DNA of 64,000 nt from an uncultured beta proteobacterium (GTDB lineage: Bacteria; Pseudomonadota; Gammaproteobacteria; Burkholderiales; Burkholderiaceae_F), in assembly GCA_963811265.1 (NCBI GenBank), contig CAWEQS010000026.1, positions 567,756-631,755 of the forward strand, given 5' to 3'. Under the pieces are notes generated by a model, which saw nothing but the letters and a program-made list of their open reading frames with translations, was not told where the DNA came from and searched no databases. Both the position numbers and the translations under genes were made by a program. The first letter of the stretch is position 1, and each line of letters opens with the position of its first letter. This document shows, piece by piece, positions 11,668 through 20,239 of this stretch.

Positions 11668-11732
11668 GGCAAGAGACAGACCGATGAACGGGCCGGCATG
11701 CGCCGGCCCTTCTTCTTTCCGGGCCGAGCGAC

Positions 11733-12461
11733 GTGGCTGATCCCCGCTTCTTCATCGAGACCGACCTCGCCGCCGGCACAGTCGTCGAGCTCACCGCGAA
11801 CGTGGCGCATCACGCCGCGCACGTCCTGCGCTTGCGCGACGGTGACGCCGTGGTGCTGTTCAACGGGCAGGGCGGCGAGTTCCCCGGCCGGCTCGCAACG
11901 CGCGGGCAACGGGTCGAACTGACCCGCCACGACCCGGTGGAACGCGAGTCGCCGGTCGCCGTCACGCTGGTGCAGGCGTGGATCGCGACCGACAAGCTGG
12001 AGTGGGTCGTCGAAAAAGCGGTCGAACTCGGCGTCGCGCGCATCGTGCTCGCCGGCACGCGACGCAGCGTCGTCCGAATGGACGCGGCCCGCCTGCCCCG
12101 GCGGATCGACCGGCTGCGCGAAATCGCGATCGCCGCGTGCTGCCAGTGCGGGCGCAACCGGGTGCCTGCCATCGCAGCGTTCGGCGACCTCGGCGCTGCA
12201 CTCGACGCAGCCGGTGCCGGAGCCACCGGACTCGTGCTCCAGCCCGACGCGCCTCGTTCGCTGATCGAGATCGCGGGGGCTGCTCCGGGACCGCTCGCGC
12301 TCGCCGTCGGTCCCGAAGGCGGGTTCGATGCGGACGAGTTCGCCCTCGTGCGGCGCGCAGGCTTCCAGCTGGCACGGCTCGGTCCTCGCGTGCTCAGGAC
12401 GGAAACCGCCGGGCTCGCGGCCCTCGCAGCACTCCAGTCGACGGTCGGCGACTTCGCCTGA
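11733..12461 (+). CDS. rsmE: 16S rRNA (uracil1498-N3)-methyltransferase
   Basis: 242 aa. N-terminus PRFFIE...HHAAHVLRLRDGD and the C-terminal GPEGGF...LGPRVLRTETA match the RsmE family. Confidence 0.88.
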   Translation: MADPRFFIETDLAAGTVVELTANVAHHAAHVLRLRDGDAVVLFNGQGGEFPGRLATRGQRVELTRHDPVERESPVAVTLVQAWIATDKLEWVVEKAVELGVARIVLAGTRRSVVRMDAARLPRRIDRLREIAIAACCQCGRNRVPAIAAFGDLGAALDAAGAGATGLVLQPDAPRSLIEIAGAAPGPLALAVGPEGGFDADEFALVRRAGFQLARLGPRVLRTETAGLAALAALQSTVGDFA

Positions 12462-12487
12462 CCGCGCCCGCCAGTTCGCTGCGCTGA

Positions 12488-12892
12488 CTAGCGGTAGAAC
12501 ACGCGGAAGGGCACGCCGGCCTCCGCGTAGTGCTCGGCCACGTCGCGGAACACGTCGAGCAGGGCGTCGCGCTCGTCGACGCCGAAGCGTTCGGTGTAGG
12601 GCAGCGGGTCGAGCACCACGACGGCGCCGTGTCCGATCGCCCACGTGTCTTCGTCCGTCAGCGATTCGTAGAGCGCATCGAGGTTCGCGCCGAACCAGCT
12701 CGGCAGGCTGAATGCGTGACCCAGCATGCGGAGCGCGGACGGCTTGTCCTTGCAGCCCGACAGATCGGCAAGCACGAAGCGGTGATCGGCGGACTTCGCC
12801 CAGGCGCGCAGCTGCTCCGTGCCGATTCCGCGCAGCGACCGCACGCAGTGGCCCGGCAGGTCTTCCAGCCGTTCGATGTGGCGCGTGGTCAT
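12488..12892 (-). CDS. barstar family ribonuclease inhibitor
   Basis: 134 aa from the ATG at 12890-12892. FSLPSWFGANLDALYESLTD corresponds to the barstar core (YYGENLDALWDCLTG). The start overlaps the RNase stop (ATGA). Confidence 0.85.
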   Translation of the reverse strand: MTTRHIERLEDLPGHCVRSLRGIGTEQLRAWAKSADHRFVLADLSGCKDKPSALRMLGHAFSLPSWFGANLDALYESLTDEDTWAIGHGAVVVLDPLPYTERFGVDERDALLDVFRDVAEHYAEAGVPFRVFYR

Positions 12893-13282
12893 TCGCGGAT
12901 CCGCCTGAAGCTGTTGTAGTGATCGTCGGTGTAGTAGTACTCGCCGCTGGTCGCCGGGTTGCGCTCGGCGCCGCGTCCGGCAACGATCCGCCGTGCTCCG
13001 CGGTCCCTCGAATGAGGGGTCTTCACAGTGTATTCGGTGTAGTAGCCGCGGGGCTGCGCGGGCAGCCGCTTCTCGCGATTGCCGAACACCGCGCCATCCT
13101 TCCTGTACGCGTACGGGCCGCCGCGCTTGATCTGCGCCAGCGTCTGCCGCGCCTCCGCCGGCAGCTCCTCGACCCCGACCTCGGCGATGGCGGGCGGAAC
13201 GTCGCGCGCCGATGCCCGGCGGCGCGAACAGCGCGACCGCGGCGAACAGCAGTGCGCGCGCCCAGAGCATCACCAAATGCAT
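12889..13282 (-). pseudogene. secreted guanyl-specific ribonuclease (barnase / RNase Sa-N1-T1 family). The signal peptide and the mature domain are in different frames.
   Basis: One frame encodes MHLVMLWARALLFAAVALFAPPGIGA from 13282. The +1 frame encodes VEELPAEARQTLAQIKRGGPYAYRKDGAVFGNREKRLP...GYYTEYTV..RDRGARRIV..YYYTDDHYNSF, with catalytic Glu, Arg and His intact. The break is near 13200-13215, in GGCGCGCGAC. Confidence 0.8.
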
Positions 13283-13285
13283 CGC

Positions 13286-15598
13286 CTAGAGAAGTTCCGT
13301 CTGCCGGACGGAATTGGCTTCGAGCACGGTCAACGCGGTCATGTTCACGATGCGGCGCACGGTCGCGGACGGCGTGAGGATGTTCACCGGCTTCGCCGCG
13401 CCCAGCAGGATGGGGCCGATCGCGATGTTGTTGCCCGCCGTCGTCTTCAGCAGGTTGTACGAGATGTTGGCCGACTCGATGTTCGGACATACGAGCAGGT
13501 TCGCATCGCCCTTCAGCGTCGAAAACGGCATCAGCGAGCGGCGAATGCCCTCGTCCACCGCGCAGTCGGCGTGCATCTCGCCGTCGATTTCGAGCTCGGG
13601 GGCCCGCTCGCGCACCAGGGCCAGCGCGCGCCGCATCTTCAGCGCGGACGCGCTGTCGCTCGATCCGAAATTGGAGTGCGACAGCAGGGCGATCTTCGGG
13701 GAAATGCCGAGGTGCCTCATCTGCTCGGCCGCCATGATCGTGATCTCGGCAAGCTGCTCCGCGGTCGGATCGAGGTTCACGTGGGTGTCGACCAGCGCGA
13801 GTTGCCGATCCTGCAGCATCACGATGTTCATCGCGGCGTACTCACCGGCCCCGGGCCGCCGGCCGATCACCTGATCGATGTACGCCAGGTGCTGTCCGTG
13901 CGTGCCGAAGGTGCCGCAGATCATGCCGTCGGCGTCGCCCTTGTGAAGCATCATGGCGCCGATCAGCGTCAGCCGGCGGCGCATCTCGAGCCTCGCGTAC
14001 TGCGCGGTGATGCCCTTGCGCGCGGCCAGCCGGTGGTACGTCTCCGCGTAGTCGCGATAGTGCGGGTCGGACTCGGGATTGATCAGCGCGAAGTCGACGT
14101 CCTGCCGCATGCGCAGGCCGAAGCGCTCGAGCCGCTTGGCGATCACCGCGGGCCGGCCGATCAGGATCGGCGCGGCGATCTTCTCGTCGATGACGACCTG
14201 CACGGCGCGCAGCACCCGCTCTTCCTCGCCCTCGGTGAACACGATGCGCGACTTTCCACCGCCGGCCACCGCGTTCTTCGCGGTCGCGAAGATCGGCTTC
14301 ATGAACGTGCCGGAGTGGTAGACGAACTGCTGCAGCTGGTCGCGGTACGCGTTCATGTCCGCGATCGGGCGCGTGGCGACGCCGCTCGTCATCGCTCCCT
14401 GCGCCACCGCCGGCGCGATGCGCGTGATCAGCCGCGGGTCGAACGGCTTCGGAATCAGGTACTCGGGGCCGAAGCTGAGGTTGGTGATGCCGTACGCCGA
14501 GGCGACGATGTCGCTCTGCTCCTCCTGCGCGAGGCTGGCGATGGCGCGGACCGCGGCAATCTCCATTTCCGGCGTGATCGTGGTGGCGCCGACGTCGAGC
14601 GCGCCGCGGAAGATGAACGGGAAGCACAGGACGTTGTTGACCTGGTTCGGATAGTCGCTGCGGCCCGTGGCGATCACCGCGTCGTCGCGCACCGCCTTCA
14701 CCTGCTCCGGCATGATCTCGGGCGTGGGGTTGGCGAGCGCGAGGATCAGCGGGCGCGGCGCCATGGTCTTGACCATCTCCGGCTTCAGCACGCCGCCGGC
14801 GGACAGCCCCAGGAAGATGTCGGCGTCGCGGATCACCTCGGCGAGAACGCGAGCGGCCGTCGGCTGCGCGAAGCGCGCCTTGTCCTCGTCCATCAGGACC
14901 GTGCGGCCCTGGTAGACGACGCCTTCGATGTCGGTGACCCAGATGTTTTCCCGCGGCAGGCCGACTTCGACGAGCAACTTCAGGCACGCCAGGGCGGCCG
15001 CCCCCGCGCCGCTCGTGACGAGCTTGACCTCCTTCAGGTCCTTCCCGATGACCTTCAGCCCATTGAGGATCGCCGCGCTGACGATGATCGCCGTGCCGTG
15101 CTGGTCGTCGTGGAAGACCGGGATCTTCAGCCGCTCGCGCAGCTTGCGCTCGACGTAGAAGCACTCGGGCGCCTTGATGTCCTCGAGGTTGATGCCGCCG
15201 AAGGTCGGCTCGAGCGCGGCGATGACCTCGATCAGCTTGTCCGGGTCGTTCTGGTTGATCTCGATGTCGAAGACGTCGATCCCCGCGAACTTCTTGAACA
15301 GGACCGCCTTGCCCTCCATCACGGGCTTGGCGGCAAGCGGACCGATCGCGCCGAGGCCGAGGACCGCGGTGCCGTTCGTCACGACGCCCACCAGGTTGGC
15401 GCGCGCCGTGTATCGGGAGGCGGTCGAAGGATCCGCGTGAATGGCTTCGCTCGCGGCCGCCACGCCGGGCGAGTACGCGAGGGCGAGGTCGCGCTGGTTG
15501 ACCAGTTGCTTGGTCGGCGCGATCGAGATCTTTCCAGGACGGGGCTTCTCGTGATACTCGAGCGCCGCCCGGCGCAATTCGTCGTGGTCGGAGGCCAT
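13286..15598 (-). CDS. maeB: NADP-dependent malic enzyme with C-terminal phosphotransacetylase-like domain
   Basis: 770-aa ORF. It has the N-terminal block ALEYHE..PGKISI.PTK...[12 protein letters not shown] and a long PTA-like C-terminal half. Confidence 0.93.
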   Translation of the reverse strand: MASDHDELRRAALEYHEKPRPGKISIAPTKQLVNQRDLALAYSPGVAAASEAIHADPSTASRYTARANLVGVVTNGTAVLGLGAIGPLAAKPVMEGKAVLFKKFAGIDVFDIEINQNDPDKLIEVIAALEPTFGGINLEDIKAPECFYVERKLRERLKIPVFHDDQHGTAIIVSAAILNGLKVIGKDLKEVKLVTSGAGAAALACLKLLVEVGLPRENIWVTDIEGVVYQGRTVLMDEDKARFAQPTAARVLAEVIRDADIFLGLSAGGVLKPEMVKTMAPRPLILALANPTPEIMPEQVKAVRDDAVIATGRSDYPNQVNNVLCFPFIFRGALDVGATTITPEMEIAAVRAIASLAQEEQSDIVASAYGITNLSFGPEYLIPKPFDPRLITRIAPAVAQGAMTSGVATRPIADMNAYRDQLQQFVYHSGTFMKPIFATAKNAVAGGGKSRIVFTEGEEERVLRAVQVVIDEKIAAPILIGRPAVIAKRLERFGLRMRQDVDFALINPESDPHYRDYAETYHRLAARKGITAQYARLEMRRRLTLIGAMMLHKGDADGMICGTFGTHGQHLAYIDQVIGRRPGAGEYAAMNIVMLQDRQLALVDTHVNLDPTAEQLAEITIMAAEQMRHLGISPKIALLSHSNFGSSDSASALKMRRALALVRERAPELEIDGEMHADCAVDEGIRRSLMPFSTLKGDANLLVCPNIESANISYNLLKTTAGNNIAIGPILLGAAKPVNILTPSATVRRIVNMTALTVLEANSVRQTELL

Positions 15599-15675
15599 GG
15601 TGGGCTTTGATGGGACGTGAGCGCCCGATTATCCCCGCGCCCCATCCCGGACTCACGCGCGCAGTTCCTCTTGCC

Positions 15676-15703
15676 GGTCAAAACACCTCTTCTCGTTTTG
15701 ACC
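15676..15703. promoter_or_regulatory. perfect 9-bp inverted repeat GGTCAAAAC-N10-GTTTTGACC (operator-like)
   Basis: Read directly from the sequence. It lies 78-105 bp upstream of the maeB start, in the 341-bp divergent intergenic region. Confidence 0.4.
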
Positions 15704-15714
15704 TAGACAAACTG

Positions 15715-15743
15715 TTGACTTTTTCACGAAGGGCCCCGACAAT
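15715..15743 (+). promoter_or_regulatory. sigma70-like promoter TTGACT-N17-GACAAT
   Basis: The -35 element is at 15715-15720 and the -10 at 15738-15743, in an AT-richer stretch. It points toward the hairpin element and the aminotransferase gene. Confidence 0.35.
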
Positions 15744-15749
15744 TCGGCC

Positions 15750-15857
15750 TTGTCCGGGTCCGTCAAACGGCCTGAACGCAGCAAACCTTCAGTCGGCGCT
15801 CTCCTCCCTCCCTCCTAGGCCAACTCGGGTGCGTTCAGGCAGATGGGCCCTTTTTTT
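15750..15857 (+). ncRNA. candidate small RNA or 5' leader: 11-bp stem with a CU-rich loop, followed by a T7 run
   Basis: GCCTGAACGCA (15770-15780) pairs with TGCGTTCAGGC (15830-15840). The 49-nt loop contains CTCCTCCCTCCCTCCT, and TTTTTTT lies at 15851-15857. No ORF is present. The ends are estimates. Confidence 0.25.
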
Positions 15858-15939
15858 GTCCACGCCAAAATCAGCAGTACGCGCTAACTCTCACCGCATC
15901 GCGCGCCACTAGAATCGGGCATTCACACAAGAAGCGCCC

Positions 15940-17097
15940 ATGCCTGCTGCTGCCGCCCGAACAGCCCTGATCGAGCCGTTCTACGTCATGGAGGTCGTGA
16001 AAGAAGCGGCAGAACTCGCCGCGACCGGCCGCTCCGTCATTCACCTTTCAATCGGCGAGCCAGACTTCACGGCGCCGGAGCCCGTGCGTCGCGCGGCCTG
16101 CGCCGCGATCGAGCGTGGCGAGACCCAGTACACGGGGGCGCTAGGCCTGGAGCCGCTGCGCGAGCGGATCGCGGACTGGTACGCGAAACGTTTCGGATGC
16201 CCGGTCGACCGACGGAGGATCGTCGTCACTGCCGGGGCTTCCGGTGCCCTGCTGCTCGCGTGTGCCGCGCTGCTCGAGCGCGACGCCGAAGTGCTGATGC
16301 CGGATCCGAGCTATCCATGCAACCGGCACTTCGCAACCGCCTTCGGCGGTAGCGCGCGCCTCGTGCCGTGCGGGCCCGCCCAGCGGTTCCAGCTCACCGC
16401 GGCCGATGTCGACGCGAACTGGACCGATGCCACTGGCGGCATCCTCGTCGCCTCGCCGTCCAATCCAACCGGCACATCGGTCGCTCCGGACGTTCTCGCG
16501 CAGCTGATCGCCGCGGTGGACCGCAGGAACGGATTCGTGATCAGCGACGAGATCTACCAGGGCCTGACTTACGACGGACCGCCTGCGAGCGCGCTGCAGC
16601 TCAGCGACGAAGTGCTCGTCATCAACAGTTTCTCGAAGTACTTCGCCATGACCGGGTGGCGACTCGGCTGGATCGTTGCCCCCGCCGCGCTCGTTCCCGT
16701 GCTGGAGAAGCTGGCGCAGAACCTGTACATCTGCCCGTCGACCATCGCGCAGCACGCCGCTCTCGCCTGTTTCGACGACGCGGCGCTTTCCGTCTATGAA
16801 GAGAGGCGTGCCGAGTTCAGGCGCCGTCGGGACTTCCTGGTGCCGGCGCTGCGAAGCCTCGGTTTCGGCGTGCCGGTCGTGCCGGACGGCGCGTTCTACA
16901 TCTACGCCGACGTCAGCCGCTTCGCGAAGGACAGTTTCGAGTTCGTGCGTTCCCTGCTGCGCGCGACCGGCGTATGCCTCGTGCCCGGCAAGGACTTCGG
17001 CGTCGCGTCACCCGAACGCTACGTGCGCGTTTCGTACGCGACTTCGCTCGAGCGCCTCGAAGAGGCGGTCGAGCGGATGCGCGGGCATCTCGGCTGA
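15940..17097 (+). CDS. pyridoxal-phosphate-dependent aminotransferase, class I/II (aspartate/alanine aminotransferase-like)
   Basis: 385 aa. Motifs include LSIGEPDF, SPSNPTG and the PLP-lysine motif NSFSKYFAMTGWRLGW. Confidence 0.9.
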   Translation: MPAAAARTALIEPFYVMEVVKEAAELAATGRSVIHLSIGEPDFTAPEPVRRAACAAIERGETQYTGALGLEPLRERIADWYAKRFGCPVDRRRIVVTAGASGALLLACAALLERDAEVLMPDPSYPCNRHFATAFGGSARLVPCGPAQRFQLTAADVDANWTDATGGILVASPSNPTGTSVAPDVLAQLIAAVDRRNGFVISDEIYQGLTYDGPPASALQLSDEVLVINSFSKYFAMTGWRLGWIVAPAALVPVLEKLAQNLYICPSTIAQHAALACFDDAALSVYEERRAEFRRRRDFLVPALRSLGFGVPVVPDGAFYIYADVSRFAKDSFEFVRSLLRATGVCLVPGKDFGVASPERYVRVSYATSLERLEEAVERMRGHLG

Positions 17098-17101
17098 GTA
17101 C

Positions 17102-17974
17102 TCAGGAATTCTGGTCGCGGCGAGGCGACGGCGAAGCGTCGACCTGTGGCGCCACGCGGACCGTCTGCAGGGCGGCTTCCGCCGGCTTGGAGTCGGCAGG
17201 CGCGCCTGCCGCGCGCGAAGCTGCAATCGCCGCGTCGACCTTGCCGTTGGCGGCGGTCGCCAGTCGCGAACGTTCCCCGAGCACCTTCGCCCCATACCCG
17301 CCATCGTCCGGCGCGTTGCCCGCGCCGACGTAGAGTTGCAGGCCGCGCTCGACGGAACCGCCGCGTCGGATCATTTCGTGCAGGATCTCCGACCCGACCT
17401 TCATGTTGGCGATCGGATCAAGGGCGGCGAGGTGACCGCCGTGTTCGGCGAACCGCTCGGCGTGAACGCGCGTCATCACCTGCATCAGGCCCTGGGCGCC
17501 CACGGGGCTCTGGGCGAACGGATTCAAGCCGGACTCGATGGCGACCACCGACAGGATGAGCAGCGGATCGAGCTTCTTCTCGTGCCCGATCTCGAATGCG
17601 TTGGCGACGAGCATCCGCGCCGCTTCGTCCGCGATGCGGTAACGCCGGGCGAGGTACTGGACGACGAATTTCTGCCGTGGGTCGGCGACGGCGGCCTTCT
17701 CGGCGACCTTGCCCGGCCCCTCCGCTTCATTGGCGGGCCCGACATCGGCCGCCGAGACGAAGGGGATCGAGGTCGGCAGCAGTTCGACCAGCTGGCTCCG
17801 CGCCTCTTCGTTGCTGACCACCGCAGCTGCGGCGAGCAAAGCGGTACAACCGGCGAGCGTGACTACCAGCCGGGTAGCCGCCGCCGCACCGTCGCGCACA
17901 TCCCGAAGAAAGTCGAGCCAGCCGAAGCCGGCGGCCCGCGTGATCCTCAGCGCATAATTCGTGGCTTGTGACAT
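17102..17974 (-). CDS. lytic transglycosylase (SLT domain) membrane-anchored protein
   Basis: 290 aa from the ATG at 17972-17974 (MSQATNY...). It has a TM helix LVVTLAGCTALLAAAAVV and the SLT motif AIESGLNPFAQSPVGAQGLMQVM. The upstream extension to 18313 is not coding-like. Confidence 0.85.
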   Translation of the reverse strand: MSQATNYALRITRAAGFGWLDFLRDVRDGAAAATRLVVTLAGCTALLAAAAVVSNEEARSQLVELLPTSIPFVSAADVGPANEAEGPGKVAEKAAVADPRQKFVVQYLARRYRIADEAARMLVANAFEIGHEKKLDPLLILSVVAIESGLNPFAQSPVGAQGLMQVMTRVHAERFAEHGGHLAALDPIANMKVGSEILHEMIRRGGSVERGLQLYVGAGNAPDDGGYGAKVLGERSRLATAANGKVDAAIAASRAAGAPADSKPAEAALQTVRVAPQVDASPSPRRDQNS

Positions 17975-18457
17975 TGCGTGCCTCCTTATGCTGGAACGGC
18001 CAGCGGCTCTCGACCGCAGGTCGCCATTCACAGGTTGGAACGTTGACCGGATCGCTCCACGTGCTTCTCCGGCCGCATCCTTGCGCCGCAGGACCGGAGT
18101 TCCGGCCGGCAAGCGGCTTGTTCGGGCGGAACCGGAGTTCCGAGTGAAACGACGAAGCCCGAACCACACCGGAGCCCCCCGTGGTCCCCACCAGGTCGGC
18201 CGATGTTGCGCCGCACACGGGAGGGAGCTCCTAGCCTTTATGGCTGAAGTGGATTGTAGGGGCCGACTCGCCTTGGTCAACCCGGCGGGAGCGCTTACCC
18301 CCACACACGGCAAGGGTGAAACGGGCTACAAAGCGCGGAACACGCGCCGAAGCTGACTGCTCTTTACCTTGCATTTCAACCTCTTACGGCGTGCCACCAC
18401 TTTCGTGTTAGCACTCACTATTTTACCCGCCGTCCGTCGCGCGAATCGGGAGCATTC

Positions 18458-19969
18458 ATGAAATACCACGATCTGCGGGACTTCATGGGGCAGCTGGAGC
18501 GGCGGGGCGACCTTCGGAGGGTGAGCGTCGAGGTGTCCCCGCGGCTGGAGATGACGGAGATCTGCGACCGTACCCTGCGAGCGGCCGGGCCCGCCGTGCT
18601 CTTCGAGAAGCCGACCGGTCATTCGATGCCCGTGCTCGGCAACCTGTTTGGGACTCCCCAGCGAGTCGCGTGGGCCATGGGTGCCGACTCGGTATCCGCC
18701 TTGAGGGAGGTTGGAGAACTGCTGGCCAGCCTCAAGGAGCCGGAAGCACCGAAGGGGCTCCGCGACGCCCTCGGCAAGGTGACGATGCTGAAGAGCGCGC
18801 TGTGGGACATGTCCCCGCGCGAGGTCCGGGGAGCACCTGCGCAGGAAGTGGTCTGGGAAGGCGACGACGTCGACCTGGCCCGGCTGCCCGTGCAGACGTG
18901 CTGGCCCGGGGACGCCGGGCCGCTGATCACGTGGGGACTGGTCGTCACCCGCGGTCCGCACAAGAAACGGCAGAACCTCGGGATCTATCGGCAGCAGGTG
19001 ATCGGACGCAACAAGCTGATCATGCGCTGGCTGGCCCACCGTGGCGGCGCGCTCGACTTCCGCGACCACGCGCTGGCCCTTCCCGGAACGCCCTTTCCGA
19101 TCGCCGTGGCCCTGGGCGCGGATCCGGCCACCACCCTCGGGGCGGTTACCCCTGTTCCGGACTCGCTGTCGGAGTATCAGTTCGCCGGGCTGTTGCGCGG
19201 CGCCCGCACGGAGATCGCAGCATGTATCGGTAACTCCCTGCAAGTGCCGGCAACAGCAGAGATCGTCCTTGAAGGGCACATTCAAGCCGACCCGGCCAAC
19301 GCGAAGGGCGAACTGAGTGCGGCCAACCTCGGTTACGAAACTGCGCTCGAAGGCCCGTTCGGCGATCACACGGGCTATTACAACGAAGTGGAGCGGTTCC
19401 CGGTCTTCACCGTCGAACGCATCACGATGCGGCGCAACCCGATCTACCACTCGACCTACACCGGAAAGCCGCCCGACGAGCCGGCGATCCTCGGCGTTGC
19501 GTTGAACGAGGTGTTCGTCCCGATCCTGCGCCGGACCTTTCCGGAAATCGTCGACTTCTACCTGCCGCCCGAAGGGTGCAGCTACCGGATGGCGGTCGTG
19601 TCGATGCGCAAGCAGTACCCGGGCCACGCGAAACGCGTGATGTTCGGGATCTGGAGCTTCCTGCGCCAGTTCATGTACACGAAGTTCATCGTCGTCACGG
19701 ACGCCGACATCGACGTGCGCGACTGGAAGGAAGTGATCTGGGCCATCACGACGCGGGTCGACCCCGTGCGCGACACCGTGCTCGTGGACAACACCCCCAT
19801 CGACTACCTCGACTTCGCCTCGCCGGTATCGGGGCTGGGCGGCAAGATGGGCATCGACGCGACCAGCAAGATGCCCGGCGAGACGCAGCGCGAATGGGGC
19901 CGGCCGATCGCCATGGACGACGCCACCAGGGCGCGCGTCGATGCGATCTGGCAGCAACTGGGACTCTAG
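18458..19969 (+). CDS. ubiD: 4-hydroxy-3-polyprenylbenzoate decarboxylase (UbiD family)
   Basis: 503 aa. The N-terminus [22 protein letters not shown] and the overall length are typical of UbiD. Confidence 0.93.
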   Translation: MKYHDLRDFMGQLERRGDLRRVSVEVSPRLEMTEICDRTLRAAGPAVLFEKPTGHSMPVLGNLFGTPQRVAWAMGADSVSALREVGELLASLKEPEAPKGLRDALGKVTMLKSALWDMSPREVRGAPAQEVVWEGDDVDLARLPVQTCWPGDAGPLITWGLVVTRGPHKKRQNLGIYRQQVIGRNKLIMRWLAHRGGALDFRDHALALPGTPFPIAVALGADPATTLGAVTPVPDSLSEYQFAGLLRGARTEIAACIGNSLQVPATAEIVLEGHIQADPANAKGELSAANLGYETALEGPFGDHTGYYNEVERFPVFTVERITMRRNPIYHSTYTGKPPDEPAILGVALNEVFVPILRRTFPEIVDFYLPPEGCSYRMAVVSMRKQYPGHAKRVMFGIWSFLRQFMYTKFIVVTDADIDVRDWKEVIWAITTRVDPVRDTVLVDNTPIDYLDFASPVSGLGGKMGIDATSKMPGETQREWGRPIAMDDATRARVDAIWQQLGL

Positions 19970-19990
19970 AAGCCGTTTGGAGGAGGCAAC

Positions 19991-20209
19991 GTGGCGATCG
20001 AACGCAAGCCCATCCGCCGGGGAGGCATCAAGTCCGCCGGCTACGACCGCAACAACCGGATCCTCGAGATCGAGTTCGACAACGGCTCGATCATCCAGCA
20101 CACCGCCGTGGGCGAGGAGATCGCGCGACGGTTCATCTCGAGTTCCTCCCCGGCGAGTGTCTACAAGGACACGATCCAGGAGGAGTTCACCGTCAAGCGG
20201 ATCAAGTAG
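19991..20209 (+). CDS. KTSC domain-containing small protein
   Basis: 72 aa with a GTG start. GIKSAGYDRNNRILEIEFDNGS...SSSSPASVYKDTI matches the KTSC-domain pattern. Confidence 0.7.
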   Translation: MAIERKPIRRGGIKSAGYDRNNRILEIEFDNGSIIQHTAVGEEIARRFISSSSPASVYKDTIQEEFTVKRIK

Positions 20210-20239
20210 CGGCGCCGCGGCGCGGGCCCGCGGCCGGCG

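Noticed and set aside
13079-15610. 843-aa plus-strand ORF and 604-aa minus-strand ORF (13842-15656)
   Set aside because: Both overlap maeB in wrong frames and are Arg/Asp/Gly-rich with no motifs.
17975-18313. N-terminal extension of the SLT gene to a 403-aa ORF
   Set aside because: The extension is Arg/Ser/Pro-rich and not coding-like. MSQATNY followed by a TM helix is a sensible start.
18270-18350. AAGGGTGAAACGGG and GAAGCTGAC strings reminiscent of RNase P RNA, and a CCAGGTC string reminiscent of SRP RNA
   Set aside because: The order and spacing are wrong for RNase P RNA. The universally conserved GGAAAGTCCGG core and the SRP GGAAG/AGCA motifs are absent.
18326-20101. 591-aa minus-strand ORF
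   Set aside because: It is antisense to ubiD and has junk composition.
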